NCBI GenBank assembly: GCA_963514005.1
Contig: OY740814.1
Span: 10,168,001-10,232,000 of the forward strand
Length of the DNA stretch: 64,000 nucleotides
Direction of reading: 5' to 3'
DNA from: Raja brachyura
Lineage: Eukaryota
In this document: positions 24,900-39,116 of the stretch, piece after piece
Layout: each line of letters opens with the position of its first letter
How positions within the stretch are numbered: position 1 is the stretch's first letter
Program-made: the position numbers and the translations under genes
Notes under the pieces: generated by a model
The model's input: the letters and a program-made list of their open reading frames with translations, nothing else
Told to the model about the DNA's origin: nothing
Databases searched by the model: none

Positions 24900-27800
24900 C
24901 CACCCAAATCGCTGTCCAAATAGAGACATGATAGTAACATAGAAAAACTTTATAATGTCAAACTCCCAATTCACTTTCAAGTCTCTAATTACCTTTGATG
25001 TGCTACTTTCCCCTATTAATATGAAGTAAAATTCTGAATACATATTTTTTGCATTTACACACTTTCTTAGGTTTTCAAGCTTTGGCTTCTGTATATATAT
25101 TCCTCACTGCATCCTGCCTTTACATGTGGAATCAGTCTTGCATTTATAAAGCACACATTCATAGTCATGCCAACATAACACACAACATAAATCTTACTGT
25201 GTTAATACCAGTGCTCTACTGCATAATTAATATTCTGTGTTTACCCTTAAAAGTTCATGTATTGAAAGCTAAAGTAAACCTTCATTTTTACTTGCCGTTA
25301 AAAATAATATTTGTAACTTAACGTGCACCATTGTACACCTTTTGCTGCTGCACACTTAATGGTTAGAAAACTTTTCTTTCTCTTCCTCATTGTTGCATAG
25401 TACTTAGATTAGCTGAGTGTCTTTCATTTTATATGTTATTTCCTTTCATATCTCTATAAGTGCAGCTCCATGTACATTGAAGAAGATTGAAAACACTACA
25501 TTGATCTAGCAAAATTGGCATTCATGGCGGCTTGCAATTGCTGTGTGTGCCTACGAAACCGAGGTTCAGGAATGAAGACCCAGTCTGCAGTTGGGTTTAG
25601 GTTGGTGACTGGGTGAGAAGGATACGATGGGCAAGGCTGCTGTGCCTGAGCCCACAGAGTATGCCTGTGCATCTGCGAGCAAATGAGTATGCACATGCAA
25701 GGTGACATTTGCACCACCTTTACTTGTGAGTATTCACACCCATGCAGCAGGGCCTGATCTCTGGTCACGTTTGCCCCACTTGCAATTTAATCAAGACTTT
25801 GCTCTGTGAAATACTGGTGCCAGCTGGCATGCAACAGCCAGCTCCTATTAAAGGAAGCCACACATGGGCAGCTTCCACTCCACAATATGAAGTTCAGGAC
25901 TTGGAATGCTAGGATCATTATGAATAGTCGCAGCAGTGACAGTCCTGAGCGGCATTACCCTGCTCTCATAGCTCAGGAACTGTGACATCAACATCACCGC
26001 GCTGGGTGAGACAGGATGCTTTAAAGAGCAAGAATGTGGATGCACTTCTTCTGGGAGAATCAAATGGAAGAAGAATGGTATCTTTGTGGAGTGAGTTTTT
26101 CCATCAAAAATGAGGAAGTCAAGCATTTCAGTGTCGCACCCCTGTAGAATTAGTGAATTCCTTATCATCCTCCAGCTCATGAACATAGAGCTAAGGTCAT
26201 CTGTGCAGACCCCAACCGATTTAAATGGAGGACCTTTAACTCAAGCCGTAGAAAATTCTTGACACACATCTCACAGTGAGACAAACTCAACCTCTTGGCT
26301 GTCTTCAGTGCCAGGGTGGGAAGGAGTGCAACTCTGAAAAAAACATGATTGAGTAGGGAAGAACAAGACCAATGATCTTCTATGTTCATCCTGGTTCCAT
26401 CTTTGAAAGGATGTTGCTGCTGGCAGCTGTTGTCCGCCATCTTCTCATGAAAACAGAGTGCAGTGGCGTAGTTTTTAGGAGATGGGATTTGTTTGTGTGT
26501 TTGCTGAACCCTCTGGATGTCAGGTCATTAAACCAACTTTCTGTTCAGGTCCTTGTGGTATTTCTCCTGGCATAAACCTCCATGACAACATACTGTCATT
26601 GACCTGTGTGCTAATTTGTGCAAGGGGATTCAATGATTTATTAACATATAAACAACATTAATTTTACTCTGGTACAGGACGCCATCATCCAATAGGAGCA
26701 CAGTGTATCCACATACGTAAATACAGTACTTGCTTCACTCGTTTAAAAAACCAGTAAACTAAGTATTGCTCACAAAGGTAATGTACAAGTGTGAAACAAA
26801 CCATGGGTTCAGATTCGCCACTGGATTAAAATACCTGATATATCTTCTCACAGGTCGAGCCATTGTCAAAAGTCACAGTCTAGTTTCTGAACTAGTCTAT
26901 ATGGCCATGATAAGCAAGTCCTTCCCCAAGACACACTGCCACCTGCTATTTGACCAGATGCTGGGCTCATTGTGCATTCTATAGCTGTAGCCCCTGCAAC
27001 TGAAGAATGCTCCACTGAATGTAATGCAGTCCACTTCTGGCAGTGTATTAAAACGTCAGCTCTTAGAGATATAATTCCAAACCTGGCTGTCTACAAAAAT
27101 ATGAGCAATAGCCTTCATTGCTTCTATCCCAGTATATGCTGTTTTTATCCTAGGTTTTAAAATATCCAGTAATTCCACACACAAGCCCCATTTTAAACAC
27201 CTTTGGTATCATGACAAGTTTTGGCAGATATGAAACAGTCTTGGCCCTTCATCTGTCCGTTTTCCCAACTCCGACCAGCTTCTGGATGTGTGTTTGTAGG
27301 CATGATGCCCATTCAGCATTTCCATGCTTGCTGTGCAGTTTCCAAAGCTGTCATCAGACACTCATTACTCACATGTGTTTGGATACAAATAGTACTTTGA
27401 GCATTGGTGAGGTAATCTTAACAATGTATTTGCCACTGTATTCACCTCCAATGTCTAGTGTTCTGTTTTTTGGCATGCTGAGACAAAAGGATGGCCCATT
27501 GCTGTGCTCTTGGTGCTGCCAGTGGTGCAATGACAGATTTTGAGCCCAACATTGACAATAATGGCTATCAATGTGCTTCCACGAAGGAATTCATCAAACT
27601 TCTTGACAACTGATATAACATCAAAAACGTCCTAGGTTATTAATTTGTTCATTTTCATCAAGTAGAAAGGTAAACATTTTGTTTCCTGACCGCCAAACAT
27701 CACATGGCTGATACCTGCCCCATGGTCAGAGTTTGAAGCATCGGACACTCACTTTAATTCACAGAAGGTATTCTAATGAACAAGAAAAACTTTGTTAACC

Positions 27801-30600
27801 TTCTGGTATTTAACATTTGTTGTAAGCACATTGTGCTTGTAGCCCATCCTGCTTCAGTCGGTACCAAAGGAGCAAGAATACTGTTGTCAACTTTAGCAGA
27901 AAGTATGTGTATTATATGTTTCCAAATATGAACCCAGTCCAGGTATATTTACAGGCTTCAGCACCTTTATAATGGTTTGCGTGTGTTTGTGTAGGCTGCA
28001 AACCATGTGCATCTGCTCATAAGCCAAAATCAACTACTTCACATTGTGAATTTCTGTTTAGTTTCACATTATCCCTGTATAATTGCTTCATTACCTCTGC
28101 AGAATTTATTTTTTAGTAGAAGATGTTGACAAGAAATTATTATACTTAAGTACATGTAATAATCAGAATATCATCCCGAGATTTAAACAATTTTCAAATT
28201 TTATCCATTGTGGCCTGGAAGTGTTTAGGGAACAAGTTAATACCACATGTAAGTTTGTTTTTATAGTCTCTTATGCTTATTGATGGATAAATATTATTGA
28301 TTCTCTTGATGGCATATAATTATTCACACATATGAAACTAATCTAATTTTAAAATACTTTTGTTCCAGTCAGCTCAATATAAGTAGTTTATGATTTTACG
28401 AGTGGGTTTTATCTATTATCTTCACATTAATTGATCAAGCAACGCTTTTAGCTTCATTGCATTTTGATCCAATCACTATGAAAATGTTACCAAAATGTTG
28501 TGCTTCTCCATTTTCTGTCTGATCTGCTCTTTTGGTGCATAAGGAACTCGTCATGACTAGTGATGAAGAGATTGCCAACCGGGTTTAATGTGGAGTTGCA
28601 GCTTATGGCCTCAAACACCATATTAGGAGCATTTTGTCATGTATTCTTATTTATTCAACTAGGTAACTTTGCTATCTTCAAACTAAATTCATTTTCCCAG
28701 TGCAACTTCAATTGCTTTAGCTAATCTTTCACCGTGAAGCTTGCTCCATTTCACCGCTACAATAAGTAGTGTCACTATATTTCTTCATCTCAACATGCTA
28801 TGTTTGGCAACAACTGTTTCTTCTTCCCTCCAGTGCATCCTCACACAGTGGCCTCAACTTCAGTTTATGTTGTTACTGCAAGCTGCTGTACTCTGACCCT
28901 TATGGGCCTGTCCCACTTAGGCGACTGCAGGAGACTATGCACATGGTCGCCACAGGTTTGCAGGTGTTTGCCGGGAGTCGCCTTCATGGTCGTGAGGAGT
29001 TCCCGCATTCTAGGAACTAGTTACGGCATCATTATGGTCGCCGTGAATTTTTCAACATGTTGAAAAATTAGTGGCGACTAGAATGAAGCCGCCATGGAGA
29101 ATAGTGAGAATTCTCGAACCATCGGTGGGTCGCCAGGAGGTCGAAGGTTCTCGCAGGTTGTAGCTGGTGCTGACCGGTGAATTTCATTGGCTCATTGAGA
29201 TTTTTAAAAAAAGGTAAGCAGTAGTTTTCAGAGCCAAGGATAACCGACCGATAATGATAAAAGTCCGCCGAGCTTCTCAGCCGTGTATCTCTGGCTTCTT
29301 AAAAGTTGTCTCCACTCCTTCTCCACCCCTCTTTAAAAGGACATACCATACACTGTGCTTTAGCCGTCTTTTTACAGCGCAACTTTCCTGTTCATTGCGG
29401 TGTGTGTCTGCTTCACCTTGGCTTTTCACCGTGTGAATTTTTTAGACAGCGCTGCCCCCACTTGCCCTGCCCCCTGCCTGCATAACGGACTGGTGAAAGA
29501 AGCAATATGTTTGTGTGTGTTCCACTCTGCCAGTCACTGTTCCTGTTGCTGGTTTTTCAGGCGAGTGCCGGCAACTTGACCGTCACCGGCAGTCCGCTGA
29601 AAAATCGCCTAAGTGGGACAGGTCATTGGTAGCAGATGCCTTTTCTGACTTCACTTTCCCAGAAGATTGCCATTGCATCTCCTTTAAGTGGGTTGTCTGA
29701 GCATATAATCTTTTCCATCTCTGGTTAAATGCAGCAATCTGATCTGTAGCAAAACGCTATGTACAGCATGAACCATTTGAGAAGAACTGACTTCATTGCT
29801 TTGAATATTGCCATCTCCTTAGTCAAGCATATTCAGTAGTGGAGAAAATATTTTCATCCATGAATCCACAAAACATTCCTCTTAGAGCTCTCCATCGGAA
29901 TTTGTGGAAGATAAAATGTAATGAAAGGACCTTCAATGCCATGATACTTTTAATTTTGTGTTCCAAACATAGTTTTTAGTTGTCTTTGAAGGCTGGATCC
30001 TTTAACTTCCTTAGCATCTCGTCCGAAGATGCATCTTTTGCTTTTTCTGGTATGCGTAAATTGGTCATCTGACTCTGGTCCAAGTACAGTTAAAAGTGTC
30101 ATTTGCATCTCTTGGACTGCTTAGAGTATTTCAGTAATTCCTTTAGTTCAGCAATTGAATTCCACTTTCATTTTATTCTGATATCTTAGTTTTAAATTTG
30201 ATCTAAAAAAACTCTATGCACTCAATATGCTGTGTGCTCGGGAGGTAAAGGGCAAATTCCTAATTGAATGCTCCCAACTTGTAATGTAAAATGTTGTGGT
30301 TATCTCATCATCTTCAGATCTCTTTAGTATAAAAAGTTCCCCAAAATTTCAGGGGTTACCCGACCCACTGAAAACCAATACTATATTTTTGAACACAATT
30401 CCCATGTTACAGAAACCATTGCATTAATTACAAACTTCTTTACTCTGATGAACTAAGGTTGCTTCGTATCACTCCTGTGCAAGAATTGTACCAGGGCAGG
30501 CTCCTGTGGTGCTGGCTGTTGCATTCAGTCTGCACTACTCCATTCATTACCCCGGGGATACATTACCCCAGGCATTTTTGTTACCCCACTTAGAGTACAG
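24900..30600 (-). mobile_element. Heavily decayed large DNA-transposon relic, Academ-like (transposase + XPG-type nuclease + Cys-rich end)
   Basis: Collinear minus-strand motifs: INNLGRF*CYISCQEV (~27600-27645), KWTALHS (27016-27036), VTFD..IQW (26818-26876), QGCDT..DGKT (~26095-26144), DPSIPSP..EWKL (~25870-25916), CSSKRC (25335-25352). Boundaries are approximate. Confidence 0.5.
28903..29625. mobile_element. PIF/Harbinger-type MITE
   Basis: TIRs TGGGCCTGTCCCACTTAGGCGA ... TCGCCTAAGTGGGACAGGTCA, flanked by TTA / TTG. Internal blocks shared with 5564-6286. Confidence 0.85.
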
Positions 30601-31363
30601 AAACTTCAAAGCCACAGTAGCCCCACCAAAACTGGTGCTGGGTTTGAGCTTAATGCAAGTACACCATTAAGGGGCACCAAAAGGTCAATCTCACCCACAT
30701 TATTCTGGACAGTCTCATTATGCAATGTGTTTCTATAAGGGATGCTAACATATTCCAGTGGACTCAATGTATGGAAAAAATAATCATGGTTTATTGACAA
30801 GGCTAAACACTTTGCATCTAAACTTAGTGCATATACCTCCTCCAAGCTCACACTCTGGACTGACTATTAGACAGGAGAACAGGAGAAAACAATGACCAAA
30901 TATGGAAGTGGGACATATAACCAGAGGGCTTTCAGGGCCCAAGAGCATTCAGTATCTCTCTCTTGGATTTTAACCTCTTTTATTAAGTTTTCCAATGGTG
31001 CTTCTAACAACTAATGTTATTGTTTACTGAGACTGGTGAATGTTCCCAAATGGAGCTGTACTTCTAACAAAGGTGTAGGCAATTATCACAATCCTTTTTG
31101 AGCATACAGGCATAATGTGAATCGGTGCAAGTTAAATTCAACTGGTAGACAGAATACTTCACATTTCTGTTCCATTGTCATATGTCAGAAAAGTCCACAG
31201 TTAATTAAACATCATTCATTTCCATTAAGAGATGGCAGGGTGGTGAGACTAGCTGGATTATTCTTTCACATAAATGTTATGGAATTGATGGGCTGAATGG
31301 CATCCTTCCAAGCTGTAAATTTCCTGTAATTCAATACTTATACTATTGATGTTTTTTAAATAG

Positions 31364-31463
31364 GTGAAAAAAAGCCAATGTCATCACCGTCAGCTGCGGG
31401 AAGCCAACAGATCTACTCACAAGGAAGTTCATTCCAGCCAGGACGTGCAGGACAAACATTCAG
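31364..31463 (+). CDS. ARNT2: ARNT2 coding exon
   Basis: aaatAG acceptor. Encodes (G)EKKPMSSPSAAGSQQIYSQGSSFQPGRAGQTF(S). Donor GTAAAC. Phase 1 in, phase 2 out. Confidence 0.92.
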
Positions 31464-33984
31464 GTAAACTATATATTGTGTGTTGTTATTTAAGAAAAAT
31501 TGATAGAAGGATTAGGAAGAAGATGAAAAAGTCATTTCACCTGGAGAGCAGTATGGGTGTGAACCTACTGCCTGGAAAGGTGATAGATGCAGAAACCCTT
31601 TAAAAGGTGCCTAGATTTATACTTGAGGCAAGACTTAAAGATATTGTGTGTAGGGTTGAAGAAGGGTTTCATCCCGAAATGTCACCTATTCCTTTTCTCC
31701 AGAGATGCTGCCTGACCAGCTGAGTTACTCCAGCATTTTGTGCCTGTTTACACAGATATTGACCAGGTGCTCAAGACAGCATTGTCTGAATAGCACTTTC
31801 TCACCTAGCATGACAAATATAGGCTGAATGGCCACTTTCTATGTTGTCATATTTTTATTATTGGAAACCAAAGCAATGATAATCAAATTGCCTGTAAAAC
31901 TGCACAACCTTTTGCCCAGTTATATCTATTCCTATAACAACACTCATTTGAAACATTCTGCAAGGAATTTTGAAACTTTCTGCAACTTCAGCAAGGAAGG
32001 TGTAATGTTTAGATCTTGAGCCATTGATTTGGCCACTATTTTCATACCCAAAAGCACATTTACATTAAACCCAACAAATTCAAACTGCTCCACCCGGAGT
32101 TTTGTTTTTACTTGCTCACTATGGAATATTTATATAGAAACAATAGTACATAAAAGTTTGATCCTATCAATCAATATGATCCTCTTCCTTGTTGCCATAA
32201 TTCTGTACTTCCCCATATCCTTTAATCCTTTTAGATCCAAAAACCTATTTATTTTTGTCTTGAATCGATTCAACAGCTGGACATCTATGGCCTTCTGAAG
32301 CAGAGCATCTCAAACTTAGACTTAAATAGTCAATGATCATCGCCTCTAGCTCTAGACTCCCCAGGCCAGAGAAGACAACGTCCTACCATGTATACTGAAA
32401 GCCTTTATGAATTTTAAACAATTTAATTAGATCAGCTCTAAGCACCGCAGCTCCAGACTCTTCTCAATCTCTTTTCAGCGAAAAACTACCTCATGTTGGT
32501 GAGTCCAGGGAATGTTGATGCAATATACTTAGGATCTCAAATATAAAGAAGTTCACAAGCTTTACCACTAGTGGTTTACCTATGTGTACCTCCACTAGCG
32601 GCCATTGTATTCTATAGGATAGCTTGGACATGGGAACTAAAAGTGGCTTACCAGCAATGGGTCCATTCTCCTGATCAATGGCCAATAATGGTTGGCTAAT
32701 CATCAATTATTTTTATTTCCAGACATGCTCTCTTAGTATCTGTGTGTCTTAAAAACACCATACCAATAATTTATTTACCAATGATAATGACAAATTGAGT
32801 ATTGGTTATTAGTTCATGATAGATTTACTTACTTGTTGCATTTGAACTATGAAAGGCCAGCGTCTGGCATAGCTATTTCCATTTATAATTGCACAGAAGA
32901 GGCAGTTCTCATGGATATTGTTAGTAATAGGGTTTTTTCCCCATTTGAATTATTAATATACCAAGTAAGCTCATTCTTATTTACATGTCATTTAAGTTTC
33001 CATGTAAGGGGAGGCATGAAACAATGTGTTTAATGTCACCAAGCACTTAATATATTGTTCATTCAACACTATTATAATGAATGTGAACAGTAGTATTCCC
33101 AACTGCAATTACAAAGTGTACTGCAAGCTTAATTGAACATGTCTGCATTTTAGATCTTCAGGTGAAAATTTAAGTAGTTTAATTGGAAATTGTATGGAAA
33201 TTCATGTAACTATTAATTTAACAAAAAGCTAGAAGAATCCAATTATAATTAGTTGGAACTTAAGAGCAGGAGTAGGTCATTCAATCCCTTGAACCTATCC
33301 CATCATTAACTTAGACAGTGCCTGACCAATACTTCAACTCAAATGATTTGCGCTTGATCTACACCCCTTACCCTAATTTTAAAAAGACTAGCAATTATAA
33401 TTGAACCAGCATCCACATTCTTTTGGCGATAAAGTTTAATACTTCCACAATAAATGTCTCCTGATTTCCTTGCTGAACAGCTGATCTCAATATTTAAGAT
33501 AATAATAGGTTCAATTCAATTCTCCACACCCAGACCAAGGTAAATGAGGGCACACTAGGACATCAGGTGCAGGACTGATCCAGGGTGATTCAGCCTGTGG
33601 TAATCAAAATGTTCATTTTCTCATCTAATACCCTCCATGAACTAGAAATCATCAAGAATTCTTCTTAAATCGAATTCTCACCAACGTTTTTATTTATTCA
33701 TCTCCATTGTGGCCACTGATCTAATTTTGCCTCCAGATTTGTCAATTACTGTATTTCAAAATTCTTATTCTTGTTCTCAAATCACTCTTTGGCCGTAATC
33801 CTCCCCATTTATGTGACCCTTTCCACCTCTGTAATCCTGTGAAATATCTAAACTCTTATTTTGGTCTCTTGTTCAATACTCATAATAGCCATTCTTCTGC
33901 TGTGCCTTCAAGTCCGTGAGTCATAAACTGTGACTTTCCCCCTCTCAATATCAGAATGTAGATAGCAAAGATGCTTATTAAGAA

Positions 33985-34535
33985 ATCCTGATTAATTCGG
34001 AAAGTGTGCTGAGGGAAGGTTAATGGAGTTTAATGTAGATACATCTAAGGTGCTAGAAGTCAAAATAGGGCAGGATCTTCACAGTGAATGGCAAGGCTCG
34101 GCAAGGGTTGTAGACAGAAGGATCTTGTACAGATACATAGTTTCTTGAAAATGGCATTACTGGTAGATAGGGGGTTCAAGAGGCTTTTGACACATTTGTA
34201 TTGAACAGTCAAGACATTGAGTAGTATAGAAGTTTAGATGTTATGTTACAGTTGTACAAGATGTTGGCGAGGCCACATTTGGAGTATTGTGTTCAGGTCA
34301 TCCTGCTACAGGGAAAACCAAGTAGTTAACCAAGAAAGAGTGCATAGAAGATTTTCGAGGATGTTGCTAGGACTTGAGGCAGGTACTATGACACCATTTA
34401 ATAGACGTTTGGACAGGTACATGGATAGGAAAGGTTTAGAGGGATATGGGGCAAACGTAGGCAGGTGGGACTAGTTTGGATGGGGCATATTGGTTGGCAT
34501 GGGGAAGTTCCCATGCTGTATGTCTCTGACTCTAT
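33985..34535 (+). mobile_element. CR1 LINE 3' remnant with internal deletions
   Basis: RPHLEYCVQ context, RLDRYMDRKGLEGYG, TCTATGA tail. Confidence 0.8.
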
Positions 34536-34667
34536 GATACTTGTAAGGACCACATTGGTTGATATTGTTCTTGTGTAGCACAGTAGAATGTTTTCCTACA
34601 TAAAGTGTTGCATATTGAAAGCTATTATTGTAGTATTTCATTGTTTGCTAATTTAATATTTCTTCAG

Positions 34668-34809
34668 CACTTCAATGGTACCTGGTGGAAACATCATTCA
34701 GCAAACGTCCTCGGCAGGTCAAATTTTAGCTCAGATATCACGCCAGTCTAATGCTAACCAGGTCCCTGCAACATCCTGGACTGGAAGTCGACCACCTTTC
34801 TCAGGGCAG
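34668..34809 (+). CDS. ARNT2: ARNT2 coding exon
   Basis: tcttcAG acceptor. Encodes (S)TSMVPGGNIIQQTSSAGQILAQISRQSNANQVPATSWTGSRPPFSGQ. Donor GTGCTG (weak). Phase 2 in, phase 0 out. Confidence 0.9.
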
Positions 34810-35563
34810 GTGCTGTATCACATTTCTATTGCATTTATTATTATCCTGTAGTATCTTTTTTCTGACCAATAGGGTGAAATATTATTTTACCTGCAATTGC
34901 TAATTTGAAATAAGAGTTTCTACAGTATATTTTAATATTAATTGTTATTTTAAGTACTTACGGGTCACAGAATTTATAGATTTTTCTTCACATTCTTCAC
35001 CCAGATCCTTAAAGGTCGTGAGTACCTGCCTCGACCACCACCGTGGGCAGTGTGTTCAAGATTGCAACCACCCTCTGCAGAAAAGCAATCCTCAGGTTCC
35101 CTCTATACTTCACGCATCTTAAACTGATACCCTTTGATTTGGCACATTTACATACAGGGGAAATGTGTTTCTCTGTGCACCCTATCTTTGCACTTCATAT
35201 CGGGTCTGCCCCCCCAGTGTCCTCCACTCCAAGGAAAACAAACCCAGCCTACCAGTCTCCTCACAACTGGAAAGTTCCATCTCAGTTAGCATCCCGGTAA
35301 ATCTCCTCTCCAATGCTTTCATGACTTTTTATAATGTAGCAACCACATCTACACAAAGTACGCAAGCTCATGAGGTTGGTTGTAATCTGGATTGCACTTC
35401 CTTCAAAGATGGTGGATTAGATACTCTCATTTAAAAAAAAGTATTTGGTTGAGCCTGTTTACCATTACATATAAACTTACCATATGACTGGTGTATTGTA
35501 TTCCGTGACACATGAAGACCACCATTTTCTTTAACTATGGTTTTCAAACACCTTATTCTACTT

Positions 35564-36125
35564 AAGTAAGTAAGTTTATTCACCAAGTATTCACATACAA
35601 GGAATTTGCCTTGGTACTCCGCCCACAAGTAACAACATGACGTTCAGTGACAGTTACGAATGACTCAGAAAACACTAAACATTAATAATAATAAAACATT
35701 AATGATAAAACACCATTGATTAAGCATGTGAACCAACAAAATACCAGATCAAAGGGAGGCTACAGATTTTTAGCTGTTGAGTAGAGCAACTACTCGTGGA
35801 TAAAAACTGTTTTTATGTCTGGCTGTGGCAGCTTTGACAGTCCAGAGTCGCCTTCCAGAGGGAAGTGATTTAAAGAGTTTGTGCCCAGGGTGAGAGGGGT
35901 CAGAGATGATCTTGCCCGCTCGCTTCCTGGCCCTTGCAGTGTACAGTTCATCAATGGAGGGAAGGTTGCAGCCAACAACCTTCTCTGCTGATCGAACGAT
36001 TCGCTGCAGCCTCCAGGTGTCGTGCTTGGTGGCTGAGCCAAACCAGACCATGATGGAGAAGGTGAGAACAGACTCTACAATGGCCGTGTAGAATTGGACC
36101 ATCATTGCCTGTGGCAGATTGTATT
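35564..36125 (-). mobile_element. Rex1-like LINE 3' fragment
   Basis: ORF 35770-36138 FYTAIVESVLT..DPSHPGH..LPSGRR; (TTAC)n tail. Confidence 0.88.
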
Positions 36126-37503
36126 GTATTATATACATGCAATACTTGTATTGCTTTAAGGATCTATGGATTAGTACACCAAGGTCACTATGTTAATTGT
36201 TAGTCCCTCCGGTCCTCTCCAAATGTTGTATGTCCTATCCTTGTTAGGCCTTCCAATTACATCATCAAACAATAGTTAGGATTAAGTTAATCTGCCATTG
36301 CTCTGCCCAAATTACTGGCTGATCATTAGCGTTCTTTATCAAAGACTATCTTTCTCACTGTCAACCACACCACAAATGTTCTAATCATCTCCAATCACCA
36401 ACCAAGTCTGAAGTTGACCTGGTTCTGTGCCAGAATTTCACTGATAACAAGTTTGTAATTATTATAGCAATTAAGCCATGGAAACCAAAACAAAAGCACA
36501 GCCTGGCTGAGTTTTCAAGTTTTTTCAGTTTTCAAGTTGTCATTCCTTAAACTGTTTTCCTAACGTGATCCACATGCTCGTAGTGAATGCTGATATTATT
36601 GTGGTTGTCCTTAAATGTGATTCTCAGGATGTGGACATAGCTGGCTGGGTTTCATTTTACTTCCATCTCTCAGAATCACCCCCATGGTGTTGATTAATCA
36701 CATGCTGGATGAATTGACTAGCACTGCTGGGTTACCTTCCCTGAAGAATATTAATGAATCCGTTGTGTTTGCACATCATTTTGGCATTGTATGGAATTAC
36801 TGGGAAAATAAATATAAAAACTTGCAAGCCGCAATTAGAATTTTCTTGTATTTCCAGCATTATTACAAGAAAATTAATCGTTAGTTCCCCAATCTGTACC
36901 TAGCTGTTGAAAGAGAGAGGCTCGGTTCTGGTTTCTATGTTTACTCTCTACCCCTTCAAAGCCCCTTGTAAGAAATTTCATGGACACCACCCATTGCTTT
37001 AATGTACTGGTGACCAAGTCCCAAATCCTGGGGTGCAGTATAGTTAACGGGTTAGATGTAAACTAGGTTTTAGGCCTGTAAATATTGCTTCCAATACTAT
37101 TTCAGTGACTGAAAGCTGCATCGTGTTGTTCTAAGGCCACATTTATACCAGAAAGGAACCTAACTAAACTTAATCTTACAATAATAGAGGGAGTAAAAAA
37201 AACAAGAAATTACCAAGAAGTCAGTCTAATATCTGTAGTGGCAAAAACACAAGTACACTAGCGGAAGACTTGGAAAACATTAATAGGACTGAATAAAGTA
37301 AGCATGGGCTCATGAAAGGATAATTGTGCAAGAAGTCTGGTTTTTGAAGGTCTAACCAGTGGAATAGATAAGAGACAGTGAGTAAATAATGTGTATTTGG
37401 ATTTTCAGAAGGTGTTTGGTAATCTGAGAGATTAGTGGGCATAATTAAAGCACAAGGGATTGAGAATATTATACAGGTGTTGATTGAGAGGAAACAAAGA
37501 ATT

Positions 37504-37686
37504 GTTTAGTTTAGAGATACAGCGCGAAAACAGGCCCTTCGGCCCACCGAGTGCGCACCGACCAGTGATCCCTGCACATTAACACTATCCTACACACATT
37601 GGGGACAATTTCTTACATTTAGACCAAGCCAATTAACCTACAAAACTGTATGTCTTTGGAGTGTGCGAGGAAACCGAAGATCTCAG
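37504..37686 (-). mobile_element. HE1-like SINE 3' part inserted in an old CR1 (37240-38130)
   Basis: TTTAGTTTAGAGATACAGCG..CAGGCCCTTCGGCCCAC is the reverse complement of the SINE tail. Confidence 0.85.
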
Positions 37687-39116
37687 AATTGGAATTGGAA
37701 AGCATTGGCGGTTAGGATTGGAATAAAGGGACATTTTTCCAGATCTCAGGTAGGGCGGGGTACTGCAAAGCATTGGGCCCTAGCTATTCAAAATACATGT
37801 CAATGATGTATCGATGGAATTAAATTTAAGATTTCCAAGTTGATAGAAAGCCAGTGGAGTATCAGAAGGTGTGGGGAATGAGCTCTAAACAGATGCAAAT
37901 AGGGTCCAGTGTGATTCAACAAGCTGGGTGAAAGGGAGCATGCATGGCAGATGCAGTTTAACTTGAGTAAAGGTGAAGGTTTCCCTTTATCCTTAAAAAC
38001 ACAAAGATAGATTATTATCTGAATGGTGACAAACTGGAAAAGGGGAACTGTAGGAGAACGAGTGCTTTGTACACTAATCACTGAAAGCAAGCATTCAGGT
38101 GCAGGAACCAATTAAGAAAATAAATGGAACATCAGAGTTGCATTTCAAATCACTTGCTGAACAGCCCAGAAAGTGACATAGTTTTACATACAAAGTAAGA
38201 GCAGGAGAAGGATACCCAGCCTCACAAGGGTGCTGTGCCATTCAGTAAGATCATAGCTGTCTGACTGTCATCTCTATATTATTCCCTATAGCTTGTCACC
38301 ATCCTGCTTATAAAATGTCCATTTAGCCCTGCCTTGAAAATGTTCAAATACTCAGCTGGCACTACACTTTTGAGGAAAAAAGTTCAAAAAATTCATAGCC
38401 TTCAGAGCGTTGCAGTGATGCAACAGTTACCGTGCCAGTACGTGCTACTGCTATACAAATTAATCTGGGTTCAATCCTAACCTCCAGTGCTGTCTGTGTG
38501 GAGTTTGCGCATTCTCCCTGAGACCATACTTGTTTACCCTAGGTGTTCTGGTTTTCTCCCACACCCAAAGATACTCTGGTAGGTTAATTATCCCAAGGAG
38601 CTTCACCACAGGTTAGCTATAGTCCCAGATACAGCCATCAAACATGCTAAATCCCATCCCAGTTGATATTTGCAAAGATTTCAGGAACAGCTGGAGACTA
38701 CTAGCTAAGCAGGAGAAACTTTCCCCAAAACTCGATGGCTTTGATTCAGATCCTTGGGTGCTATCAGTACGGAGGCTCCCTCGTATGTCACGGGCCACTA
38801 GTAGGTTAACAGGCTATGGTAAATTTCCAGTAATGGGAGGAGAATTGTGGGAATTAGCTCAATTCCCGAAACAAACAAAATACAATATCATTCTGGACTA
38901 AGCAGCCTCTTTGGCACCATCTGTGCCATCCTATATATTCATTGCCACAACCACTGGCACACAATGACTGGAGTGTGCTTCATCTGCAAACATGCTAGAG
39001 TTCCTCACCCTGGCTACTTGACAGCACCTCCCAAACCTATGATCTCAACCACAGGAAGAACAAGGGCAGCAAGCACAGAGGCACGGCACTTTCAGCACAC
39101 CATCACCTCTACTTAG

